Below are positions 9,090-16,820 of a stretch of DNA of 64,000 nt, in pieces; position 1 is the stretch's first letter; the number at the start of each line of letters is the position of its first letter. The DNA lies in assembly GCA_003141835.1 (NCBI GenBank), contig PLNR01000009.1:8307-72306 (forward strand), read 5' to 3'. A program made the position numbers and the translations under genes. The DNA is from Candidatus Omnitrophota bacterium (GTDB lineage Bacteria; Omnitrophota; Gorgyraeia; Pluralincolimonadales; Pluralincolimonadaceae). Under the pieces are notes generated by a model that was given only the letters and a program-made list of their open reading frames with translations, was not told the origin of the DNA and ran no database searches.

Positions 9090-11503
9090 CTTCTTTCTTT
9101 CATGAGCGATTTTACGATATTGACCGCTTCTATTGCGTCGCGCGCGTAGGCTGAGGCGCCTATCTCCTTGGCGAACGCCTCGGTCACTACTGCGCCGCCG
9201 ACTATCGTCTTGAAATTATAACCCTTCTTCTTCAATTCCTTAATGACGCGCTCCATCTGGATCATCGTCGTAGTCATCAGCGCGCTCAAACCGATTATGT
9301 CGGCCTTGTTCTTCACCGCTTCTTTTATTATCGTATCCGCAGGCACGCCGCGGCCGAGGTCAAGTATCTTATATCCGTGGTTTTCCAGGACCGATATGAC
9401 GATATTCTTGCCGATATCGTGTATATCGCCCTCGACCGTCGCGATGACGATCGTCCCTTTATCCTCTTCCTCCCCGGGTTTTATCTCTTTCTTCAGCCGC
9501 CCGAACGCGCGCTGGACCGCTTCCGCGGATAATATAACCTGCGGGAGGAAATATTCCCTTTTGCCGAATTTTTCGCCGACTATCTCGAGCGAGGGGATAA
9601 GTATCTTGCTGTTTATCTCGAGCGGGGCGATGCCCTGTAAAAGAGCCTCTTCGATATATGAAACGATGTTTTCCTTGTCGCCGTAAAGGACCGCCTCTTT
9701 GAGCCGTGTCTTCACATCCTTATGCTCGCCCGGCTTTACTTCCAGTTTTTTCCTCGAGGCCTCCTGGACAGGGTTGAGCGCGGTTTTAAGGAATTTATTT
9801 ATCTCGGCATCCGTCGTCACGCGCTTCTTCTTTTGTTTCGCGACCCAGAACATGTTATCGTCGCTCGGGTTTATTATGGCTAGGTCGAGGCCGAACGCGA
9901 GCGCCAGCGAAAAGAAGTCCGCGTTTATCTTCCTCCTGTTCGGGAGGCCGAACGATACATTGCTCACGCCTAATGAAGACGAATATCCTTTTTTCTTTAA
10001 TTCCTTGATCGCTTTGAGCGTCTCTTTCGTCTGCTCAGGCTCCGCCGATATGGCAAGGGTAAGAGGGTCTACGATTATATCTTCTTTTTGTATGCCGAGA
10101 GCGGCCGCCTTGCTGATTACATAGTCCGCGATCTTTACGCGCGCCTTTGCATCTTTCGGGATGCCGCATTTGTCGAGGGCAAGGACGAGTATCGCCGCGC
10201 CGTATTTCTTCGCGAGAGGCAGGATCGAATCGATCTTATCCTTCTCGCCGTTCACGGAATTTATAAGGGGCTTTCCGGCAACCTCCTTCAACGCTTCCTC
10301 GATAGCCGCGGTATTGGCGCTGTCTATGGATATGGGAGCTTCGCTTACCGCCTGGACCGCCTCGATTGCCGCGGCGATCGTCTCCTGCTCGCGCGTCCCC
10401 GGCACGCCTACATTGACGTCCAGGATATCCGCGCCTTTCTTCGTCTCCTCTATCGCCTCGCGCCTTATTATTACGGTCTTGCCGCTCTTAATCTCATCCT
10501 GGAGCTCTTTCTTACCGGTCGGGTTGATCCGCTCGCCTATTATCAGCGGCCGGGTCATCGAGTTAAGCTCAACGACCTTTGTCCTCGACGATAACCTGAA
10601 GGCAGGGAGATACTTCCTCTTTGCCGGCCTTTTATTCCTTAATATCTTTTTCAGCGCATTTATATGCTCCGGCGTCGTCCCGCAGCAGCCGCCGATAAGG
10701 TTTACCCCGAGACCGGCGAATTCCACCGCGTACTTCGCGAATGATTTCGGGCTCTCAGGAAAAAAAGTCTTACCGCCGCGCAGCTCGGGAAGCCCGGCGT
10801 TTGGCAGGCACGATATATATTTATCCGTATATGGCGAGATCTCTTTAATGACTTTTACGAGTTCTTTCGGCCCGGTAGAGCAGTTCGTCCCGATGATATC
10901 GGAGCCGAGGCTGTTGAACAGCACGGCAAAAGCCGAAGGCGACGTACCGTAAGTGCTCCGCTCCCCGCCCTCGAATGTCATCTGGGCCTGGACCGGGATT
11001 TTTCTGTCGACATGCCGGGCAGCGACAAACGCCGCTTTCAATTCCTTTATGTCTGCAAATGTCTCCAGTAGTATGATGTCGCATCCGCCTTCTTTAAGTT
11101 TCCTTATCTGGTCCTCGAATATCTTGACCGCTTCATCGAAAGTGAGGTCGCCCAACGGTGTTATCTGCCTGTCGAGAGGCCCTACCGAACCCGCGACATA
11201 CGCCTTACCGGCGGCCGCCGACCTCGCGATGCGCGCCGCCTCGTAATTTATCCTGTCAGCTTCTTTCTCAAGCCCGTACGCGGCTAGCTTTAACCTGCTG
11301 CCGCCGAATGAATTAGTTTCGATTATATCCGCGCCGGCTTTTATGTAATCGAGATGTACGGCCTTCAGGATATCGGGCCTCGAGAGGTTCAATTCCTCGG
11401 GGCAGGCTCCCGCCTTCAGCGCCCCGGTCTCCTGTAAGACCGTTCCGAGCGCGCCGTCGTATATCAATATCTCATTTTTTAAGCGGGCTAATATTTTTTT
11501 CAT
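9086..11503 (-). CDS. metH: Cobalamin-dependent methionine synthase MetH core: Hcy S-methyltransferase, pterin-binding and B12-binding domains, no reactivation domain
   Basis: N-terminal Hcy-binding barrel (ILIYDGALGT..., GGCCGTTPEHI), central pterin-binding region, C-terminal B12 module with ...TVEGDIHDIGKNIV (DxHxxG) and ...SALMTTT.... At 805 aa it lacks the AdoMet-binding domain. Confidence 0.85.
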   Translation of the reverse strand: MKKILARLKNEILIYDGALGTVLQETGALKAGACPEELNLSRPDILKAVHLDYIKAGADIIETNSFGGSRLKLAAYGLEKEADRINYEAARIARSAAAGKAYVAGSVGPLDRQITPLGDLTFDEAVKIFEDQIRKLKEGGCDIILLETFADIKELKAAFVAARHVDRKIPVQAQMTFEGGERSTYGTSPSAFAVLFNSLGSDIIGTNCSTGPKELVKVIKEISPYTDKYISCLPNAGLPELRGGKTFFPESPKSFAKYAVEFAGLGVNLIGGCCGTTPEHINALKKILRNKRPAKRKYLPAFRLSSRTKVVELNSMTRPLIIGERINPTGKKELQDEIKSGKTVIIRREAIEETKKGADILDVNVGVPGTREQETIAAAIEAVQAVSEAPISIDSANTAAIEEALKEVAGKPLINSVNGEKDKIDSILPLAKKYGAAILVLALDKCGIPKDAKARVKIADYVISKAAALGIQKEDIIVDPLTLAISAEPEQTKETLKAIKELKKKGYSSSLGVSNVSFGLPNRRKINADFFSLALAFGLDLAIINPSDDNMFWVAKQKKKRVTTDAEINKFLKTALNPVQEASRKKLEVKPGEHKDVKTRLKEAVLYGDKENIVSYIEEALLQGIAPLEINSKILIPSLEIVGEKFGKREYFLPQVILSAEAVQRAFGRLKKEIKPGEEEDKGTIVIATVEGDIHDIGKNIVISVLENHGYKILDLGRGVPADTIIKEAVKNKADIIGLSALMTTTMIQMERVIKELKKKGYNFKTIVGGAVVTEAFAKEIGASAYARDAIEAVNIVKSLMKERR

Positions 11504-12092
11504 AGACCTTTCTTATGGGCCTTTGGCCTTTCTTTACGAGGCCGATGCATGCCGTGACCGATTTCTCCGGGAGCATGATATAGCTTTTTGTCGCCTTTAC
11601 GCCTATCTTGCCTGACTTCAGAATTTTCAGGACCTTTACCTGGTCGAATATCGTCCAGTCACCGTATCCCGGGCTGAACCGCGCCGTTGCCGCGTAGCCG
11701 TCGGCCTTTGCTTTCGTCTTTATCACGCCATCTATGTAATCTGCCAGCGCCTCGACCGCTTCCGAACCTGCCGCGTCGAGCACTGTCGCGCGTGCTACTT
11801 CACCTTTAGTAACGTATTTATTAACCATATCCACAAAGTCGCTTCCGATCGTGCACACAAATAGCGCGGCCCTGCCCGCCCCTTTTAGGCGCTTTGCCAA
11901 GGCGCTGCTCTTTATGGTAAGGTTCACTGAAGCGAACCTTACCACTTCGCGGCTCACCGCGACATCAAATATCCCGTAGGCGGCCTTCGGCCCTATGAGC
12001 GAATGGCCCTCTTCGATCACGCCGGATATGAAATCGAGTATCTTCTTGTCTGCCTTTGTCTTGTATTTTGCGAATTTGAGGCGAGATAGCAC
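11472..12092 (-). CDS. Stand-alone methionine synthase reactivation (AdoMet-binding activation) domain protein
   Basis: ~200 aa protein matching the MetH C-terminal activation-domain fold (...RFSPGYGDWTIFDQ...). Immediately upstream of, and overlapping, the truncated metH. Confidence 0.65.
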   Translation of the reverse strand: MLSRLKFAKYKTKADKKILDFISGVIEEGHSLIGPKAAYGIFDVAVSREVVRFASVNLTIKSSALAKRLKGAGRAALFVCTIGSDFVDMVNKYVTKGEVARATVLDAAGSEAVEALADYIDGVIKTKAKADGYAATARFSPGYGDWTIFDQVKVLKILKSGKIGVKATKSYIMLPEKSVTACIGLVKKGQRPIRKVYEKNISPLKK

Positions 12093-12146
12093 GAGGTCCG
12101 TCGGTATCTTTATAGGGACGTTCTTAAGAAAGACGATTTTAGTCTC

Positions 12147-13013
12147 CTAGAGGCCGGCTTTGTCCAGGATCTGCGGAACAAGCTTGTTCCAGCCCAATGA
12201 CATTATATGGACGCCCTGCGCCAGGCCCTTCAACTCTTTTATGGTGCGCGCCGCGATCTCAACGGCCTTCTGCTGTTTGTCAGGCGCGGCTTCGACTTCC
12301 TTTATCAGGTCATCCGGTATGAATATGCCGGCCACGTTCTTGTTCATGAACCTGGCCATGTCCGGGGATTTGATAAGTATGATCCCTGCGATGATGCAGG
12401 TATTATGATGTTTGACCTGGCCGATGAATTTCGAGAACGCCTTGACGTCATATACGCCCTGCGTCTGGAAGAATTCGGCGCCGGCCTTTATCTTCTTCTC
12501 GAATTTAATAAGTTCCGGTTCGATCGGGTCCGCGCCCGGGTTCACGACCGCGCCGATGCAGAATTTAGGTGCGCCTTTAAGTTCTTTCCCTGCGAGGTCC
12601 TTACCGCTCTCGAGCTTTTTTAAGGTCTCGATCAATTGTACCGAGTCGAGGTCGAATACGGGTTTCGCTTCCGGATGGTCGCCGCGCGACGGATGGTCGC
12701 CGGTCAGTACCAGGATATTCTCTATCCCGAGCACGGCCGCGGACAACGCGTCAGACTGCAGCGCTATCCTGTTCCTGTCGCGGCAGGTCAGCTGGTATAT
12801 CGGCTCGATGCCCTCTTGTTTAAGAAGGCGGCTTACGGCAAGCGAACCAAGCCTCATAACGGCGCTCTGGGAGTCGGTCACGTTCATTGCGTCGACCCTG
12901 CCTTTGAGGAGCCGCGCCTCGTCAAGGTTCGCCTTGACGTCGATACCCTTAGGCGGGCCTATTTCGGCCGTGACTATGAATTTTTTATTATTTATCTTTT
13001 CTTTTAAAGTCAT
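12147..13013 (-). CDS. metF: Methylenetetrahydrofolate reductase MetF (acetogen-type)
   Basis: MTHFR TIM-barrel motifs (FIVTAEIGPPKG, NILVLTGDHP). 288 aa and paired with a metV gene. Confidence 0.8.
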   Translation of the reverse strand: MTLKEKINNKKFIVTAEIGPPKGIDVKANLDEARLLKGRVDAMNVTDSQSAVMRLGSLAVSRLLKQEGIEPIYQLTCRDRNRIALQSDALSAAVLGIENILVLTGDHPSRGDHPEAKPVFDLDSVQLIETLKKLESGKDLAGKELKGAPKFCIGAVVNPGADPIEPELIKFEKKIKAGAEFFQTQGVYDVKAFSKFIGQVKHHNTCIIAGIILIKSPDMARFMNKNVAGIFIPDDLIKEVEAAPDKQQKAVEIAARTIKELKGLAQGVHIMSLGWNKLVPQILDKAGL

Positions 13014-13676
13014 CTATATCCTTTTCTTCGCCGCGTCCACCACGACCTTGCGCGGTTTTATCGATTTAGAGTGGTCCTTCGGGGGATGGACCTTTTTCAT
13101 CTTATCCAGTTCCCCGAGGTCCTTGAGGCGATTATATATCAACAGCCAGCCGCAGTCAATATCAGGGCTGACTTCGCATTTGCCGTCCTTGACGCCGCCG
13201 CACGGCCCGTTCTGCAGCCCCTTGGGGCAGAACGTATTGGGACAGTAACCGCCGGTCATGAATAACGTGCAGTCGCCGCAGAGTGAACACGCTTCGGCAA
13301 AATGTCCGGCCCTCTCTGCCTCGCCCAAGAAGAGCGTGTCGGTCGCCGGGATCACCTTTTTGCCGGTCCCGTGGAATATCGTAAAACAGCCGTCGCCGCA
13401 GCTCATAGAAAGTATCACGTCGGCCTTATCGAGCACAGCTATATTGTCGCGCGCGCGTTTCTTTACCTCGAGCAGGTGGCACGGCGGATCCCAGATCTCT
13501 GTGGCCACGATATTCTTGCCGTGTCCCTTGAGGAGCTCCTCCATCTTCTTTACTTCATCCTCGCCGCCTGTCTTGCAGACGGTCGCGCACTGGGCGCAGC
13601 CGGCTATGAAGACGTTCTTGACGCCCTCCAGGTATTTAAGTATCTCGTCTATGGGTTTTTGTTTTGTGATTATCAT
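13014..13676 (-). CDS. metV: MetV, the Cys-rich MTHFR C-terminal-domain-like subunit of MetVF
   Basis: Cys-rich ~220 aa protein (GCAQCATVC..., CGDGC, CSLCGDCTLFMTGGYCP..FCPKGLQNGPCGG). Immediately upstream of metF, as in acetogen metV-metF loci. Confidence 0.7.
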   Translation of the reverse strand: MIITKQKPIDEILKYLEGVKNVFIAGCAQCATVCKTGGEDEVKKMEELLKGHGKNIVATEIWDPPCHLLEVKKRARDNIAVLDKADVILSMSCGDGCFTIFHGTGKKVIPATDTLFLGEAERAGHFAEACSLCGDCTLFMTGGYCPNTFCPKGLQNGPCGGVKDGKCEVSPDIDCGWLLIYNRLKDLGELDKMKKVHPPKDHSKSIKPRKVVVDAAKKRI

Positions 13677-14488
13677 CTTTTCACCTGCTCCTTAAAGAGC
13701 GCGATGCAATTGCACATCGACATTATCACGGTAAGCGGCCCGACGCCTCCGGGTACCGGGGTTATGAAGCCCGCGCGCTTCTTCGCCGCCTCGAATTCCA
13801 CGTCGCCTACTATCCTGTCGCCCACCTTGCTTATGCCAACATCGACCACGATAGCGCCTTTCTTTATCCAGGCGCCTTTTATCAGGCCCGGCTTCCCGAC
13901 CGCGACGACCAGTATTTCGGCCCGCGCTATATGGTCTTTTAGATTTCCGCGGGTGGCCGTGCCGATGTGGCATACGGTCACAGTCGCCAGCTTATCCAGC
14001 AAAGACATCGCTATCGGCTTGCCTACCAGCTCGCCATGCCCCACAACAACCGCTTCCCTGCCGAATAGGCTTATCCCAGTCGACCTTATTATCTCCATGA
14101 CCGCCGACGCCGTCGGGTTGACCCTCTCGACGTTCTTGGACGGATCTATGTAAAATATCGTCTGCTTAAGGTTTATCGTCTTCGGCAGAGGCAGGCCGAG
14201 CATTATAGCTGTTGTCTTTTTATCCCCGTTCAGTTTCTTTATCGCGCGGATAAGCTCGTCCTGCGAGACCGAAGAGCTTAAACCTACCTTCCTGTACTTT
14301 ATGCCGAGTTCCTTTGCCAGTTTCTCCTGCGAATTTATATAGATAGTCGCGGGTTTCTGCACTCCCACCTGAATGACCGAGAGCATGGGCGTCCTGCCGT
14401 ATCTTTTCTTTATGGCGGCCACCTCGCGCTTCAATTGCGCTTTCAATTTGGAAGCAAGAACCTTGCCGTTCAGGACTTTAGCCGTCAT
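13673..14488 (-). CDS. folD: Bifunctional methylene-THF dehydrogenase / methenyl-THF cyclohydrolase FolD
   Basis: FolD signatures (KVLNGK..., VVVGHGELVGKP, PVPGGVGPLT). Start moved to MTAKVLNGK. Confidence 0.85.
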   Translation of the reverse strand: MTAKVLNGKVLASKLKAQLKREVAAIKKRYGRTPMLSVIQVGVQKPATIYINSQEKLAKELGIKYRKVGLSSSVSQDELIRAIKKLNGDKKTTAIMLGLPLPKTINLKQTIFYIDPSKNVERVNPTASAVMEIIRSTGISLFGREAVVVGHGELVGKPIAMSLLDKLATVTVCHIGTATRGNLKDHIARAEILVVAVGKPGLIKGAWIKKGAIVVDVGISKVGDRIVGDVEFEAAKKRAGFITPVPGGVGPLTVIMSMCNCIALFKEQVKR

Positions 14489-14973
14489 CTGACGACCCAC
14501 CTCTTCTTTTTCTGTTTTACCAGTTTCCCTGCCGCTTTGACCGACGCCCGCAGGAATAATTCCGCGGCCGCCATATCTCCCTTGAGGTTCTTATTACCTA
14601 TCTTTTTGAGCCTCATGCATATCCTCACGCCTCTCTCTGAAAGCGCCGATATCTCTTGCGCGCAATCCGAGGCCTTTTTCATGGAGATATTGCTTCTTGT
14701 CCTTGCGTATTCATTATATGTCTTTGCGTCTTTTTCAATATACGCGCTTAATTTATCCCTGACCGCGCCGGCATTTTTCGAAATGGCCTTGGCTTCGTTA
14801 TCGTATCTTTTATATTTCTTTTTCCCGATCGTAAAATTCGCGACTTTTACGATCAGGGCAGCACCGAGTGCGCCGACCAAAGCTGCTGCCGCGCCTCCGC
14901 CCGGCGAGGGCTTCCTCTCTCCCAGCTCTTTTACAAAAAGATCGATCCTGTTCTTCGCGCATATTTTAATCAT
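14485..14973 (-). CDS. fchA: Methenyl-THF cyclohydrolase FchA (formiminotransferase-cyclodeaminase family)
   Basis: ~160 aa helical protein with PSPGGGAAAALVGALGAAL, typical of the FTCD_C/FchA family. Lies between fhs and folD. Confidence 0.7.
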   Translation of the reverse strand: MIKICAKNRIDLFVKELGERKPSPGGGAAAALVGALGAALIVKVANFTIGKKKYKRYDNEAKAISKNAGAVRDKLSAYIEKDAKTYNEYARTRSNISMKKASDCAQEISALSERGVRICMRLKKIGNKNLKGDMAAAELFLRASVKAAGKLVKQKKKRWVVR

Positions 14974-16652
14974 CAGAATAACCCCGTTATATTGCCATCG
15001 TTATCGACATCCACGCGCTCGGCGAGAGGGACCTTCGGCATCCCCGGCATCAGGTTCATCTCGCCGGTCAAGGCGACCAGGAAGCCCGCGCCTGCAGAGA
15101 CCTTCACCTCTTTTACCTTGAGGCGCCATCCGGTCGGGGCGCCTTTCACCTTCGGGTCGTCTGTGAATGACAGGTGCGTCCTCGCCATATTCACCGGAAG
15201 CTCATCGTAATTATTTTCCGTAAGGAAATTTATATCGTCCTCGGACGTCCCGACATATACCACGCCCTCGGCTCCGTATACCTCGGTGGCGATCTTCTCT
15301 ATCTTCTCCTTTATCGAAAGGCTCGGGTCATAAAGCGGCTTGAATTTCGAGGGATGCTCCTGCATCGTCGCGATGACCGCCTGCGCGAGCTTCTCGCCGC
15401 CCTCCCCGCCCTTGGCGACCACTTCGGCGATCTCGGCCAGGACGCCTTTGCTCCTGCAAAATTCCTTTATCCTGTTCAACTCGTTATCCGTATCCTTAGG
15501 GAACCTGTTTATCGCCACGACCAGCCATATCCCGAACTTCTTTACGTTCTCAATGTGCCGTTCGAGGTTCGGCAGGCCCTTATTGAGCGCTTCCAGGTCT
15601 TCCTTCTCCAGGTCGATTTCAGCCATGCCGCCGTGCGCTTTTAACGCGCGGGCGCTCGCGACCACTACTGCGCAGTCGGGCCTGAATTTCCCCTGCCGCG
15701 TCACGACATCGCAGAATTTCTCGAAACCCAGGTCGGTCCCGAAGCCTGTCTCGACTACCGCATAATCGGCAAGTTTGAGCGCCATCTGCGTAGCGAGGAT
15801 GCTGTTCGTCCCGTGCGCGATATTCCCGAACGGCCCCATGTGCACGAATGCCGGCTGGCCCTCGAGCGTCTGAACCATATTGGGCTTTACCGCTTCCTTT
15901 AAGATGGCGGCCATCGCGCCGACGATTTTCAACTCGGACGCGGTGACGGGCCTGCCCTTATTCGTGAAACCGATTATTATCTTTCCGAGCCTCTCCTTCA
16001 GGTCTTTGTATCCGGTGGTAAGCGCCAGGCACGCCATTATCTCCGAAGCGGCCGTGATATCGAAACCTTCGCGGCGCTTTACCGCGCCCTCGGTTATCCC
16101 GACCTGCACCTCGCGCAAACTCCTGTCGCAAAGGTCTATCGTCCTGCGCCAGATCACCCTTTTCGGGTCGAGTTTTAACTCGTTGCCCTTTGCCAGGTGG
16201 TTATCTATTATGGCAGCCAAAAGATTGTGCGCTGCAGTGACCGCGTGTATGTCTCCCGTGAAATGGAGATTGATATCCTCCATCGGCAGGACTTGCGCGT
16301 ATCCCCCGCCGCATCCGCCGCCCTTAAGCCCTAATGCCGGGCCCAGCGACGGTTCGCGAAGGCATAAAATGACGCGTTTCTTCAGCCGGCCAAGCGCCTG
16401 GGTCAGGCCTATCGAGATACAGGTCTTGCCTTCTCCGTGCTTAGTCGGGGTCATGGCCGTGACAAGGATAAGTTTACCGTCAGGGCGCTGCTTCAGCCTC
16501 TGGAGGACGACGAGCGTGATCTTAGCCTTAAAATTACCGTAAAGCTCAAGCTCGTCGGCGTTCAAGCCGGCTTTTGTCGCAACCCCAACGATCTGCTTGG
16601 GATGCGTGAGTTTCGCGATCTCTGATGTGGAATGCGGTTTTTTAGCGAACAT
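14973..16652 (-). CDS. fhs: Formate--tetrahydrofolate ligase
   Basis: 559 aa with hallmark FTHFS motifs (PTKHGEGKTC, GGGYAQVLPMEDINLHFTGD, FGNIAHGTNS). Confidence 0.9.
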   Translation of the reverse strand: MFAKKPHSTSEIAKLTHPKQIVGVATKAGLNADELELYGNFKAKITLVVLQRLKQRPDGKLILVTAMTPTKHGEGKTCISIGLTQALGRLKKRVILCLREPSLGPALGLKGGGCGGGYAQVLPMEDINLHFTGDIHAVTAAHNLLAAIIDNHLAKGNELKLDPKRVIWRRTIDLCDRSLREVQVGITEGAVKRREGFDITAASEIMACLALTTGYKDLKERLGKIIIGFTNKGRPVTASELKIVGAMAAILKEAVKPNMVQTLEGQPAFVHMGPFGNIAHGTNSILATQMALKLADYAVVETGFGTDLGFEKFCDVVTRQGKFRPDCAVVVASARALKAHGGMAEIDLEKEDLEALNKGLPNLERHIENVKKFGIWLVVAINRFPKDTDNELNRIKEFCRSKGVLAEIAEVVAKGGEGGEKLAQAVIATMQEHPSKFKPLYDPSLSIKEKIEKIATEVYGAEGVVYVGTSEDDINFLTENNYDELPVNMARTHLSFTDDPKVKGAPTGWRLKVKEVKVSAGAGFLVALTGEMNLMPGMPKVPLAERVDVDNDGNITGLF

Positions 16653-16663
16653 AGTGAATCTTT

Positions 16664-16692
16664 ATTATAGGAAAATAAACGACTTGCGTCAA
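16664..16692 (-). promoter_or_regulatory. Near-consensus sigma70-type promoter for the fhs operon
   Basis: Read on the minus strand: TTGACG (16692-16687), 17-nt spacer, TATAAT (16669-16664). Only 11 nt separate the -10 from the fhs ATG (16652) and there is no SD, so the transcript may be leaderless or near-leaderless. Confidence 0.5.
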
Positions 16693-16820
16693 GGCATATA
16701 TATTAATTTTCTGGTCACAAGAGGAGAAGGGGCTTACAGAATGTTTACAATTGCGAGAATCAGGAGTTAAAATTGATTGTAGATTGTTAAAATTTCAAGC
16801 GAAATACGCTACGTTAGATT

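Noticed and set aside
10161-14153. Long plus-strand ORFs (e.g. 10161-10952, 12412-13248, 13302-14153, and likewise 52321-52815, 63601-63912) opposite metH, metF, metV/folD and the pilus genes
   Set aside because: They lie entirely antisense to strong, motif-rich minus-strand genes in high-GC DNA. Their translations are low-complexity and Ser/Pro/Arg/Ala-rich with no motifs, so they are stop-codon-poor shadow frames.
16653-16820. Looked for a cobalamin, SAM or THF riboswitch upstream of the fhs...metH operon
   Set aside because: The only non-coding space is 168 nt, AT-rich, and the promoter -10 lies 11 nt from the fhs ATG. That leaves no room for a structured leader.
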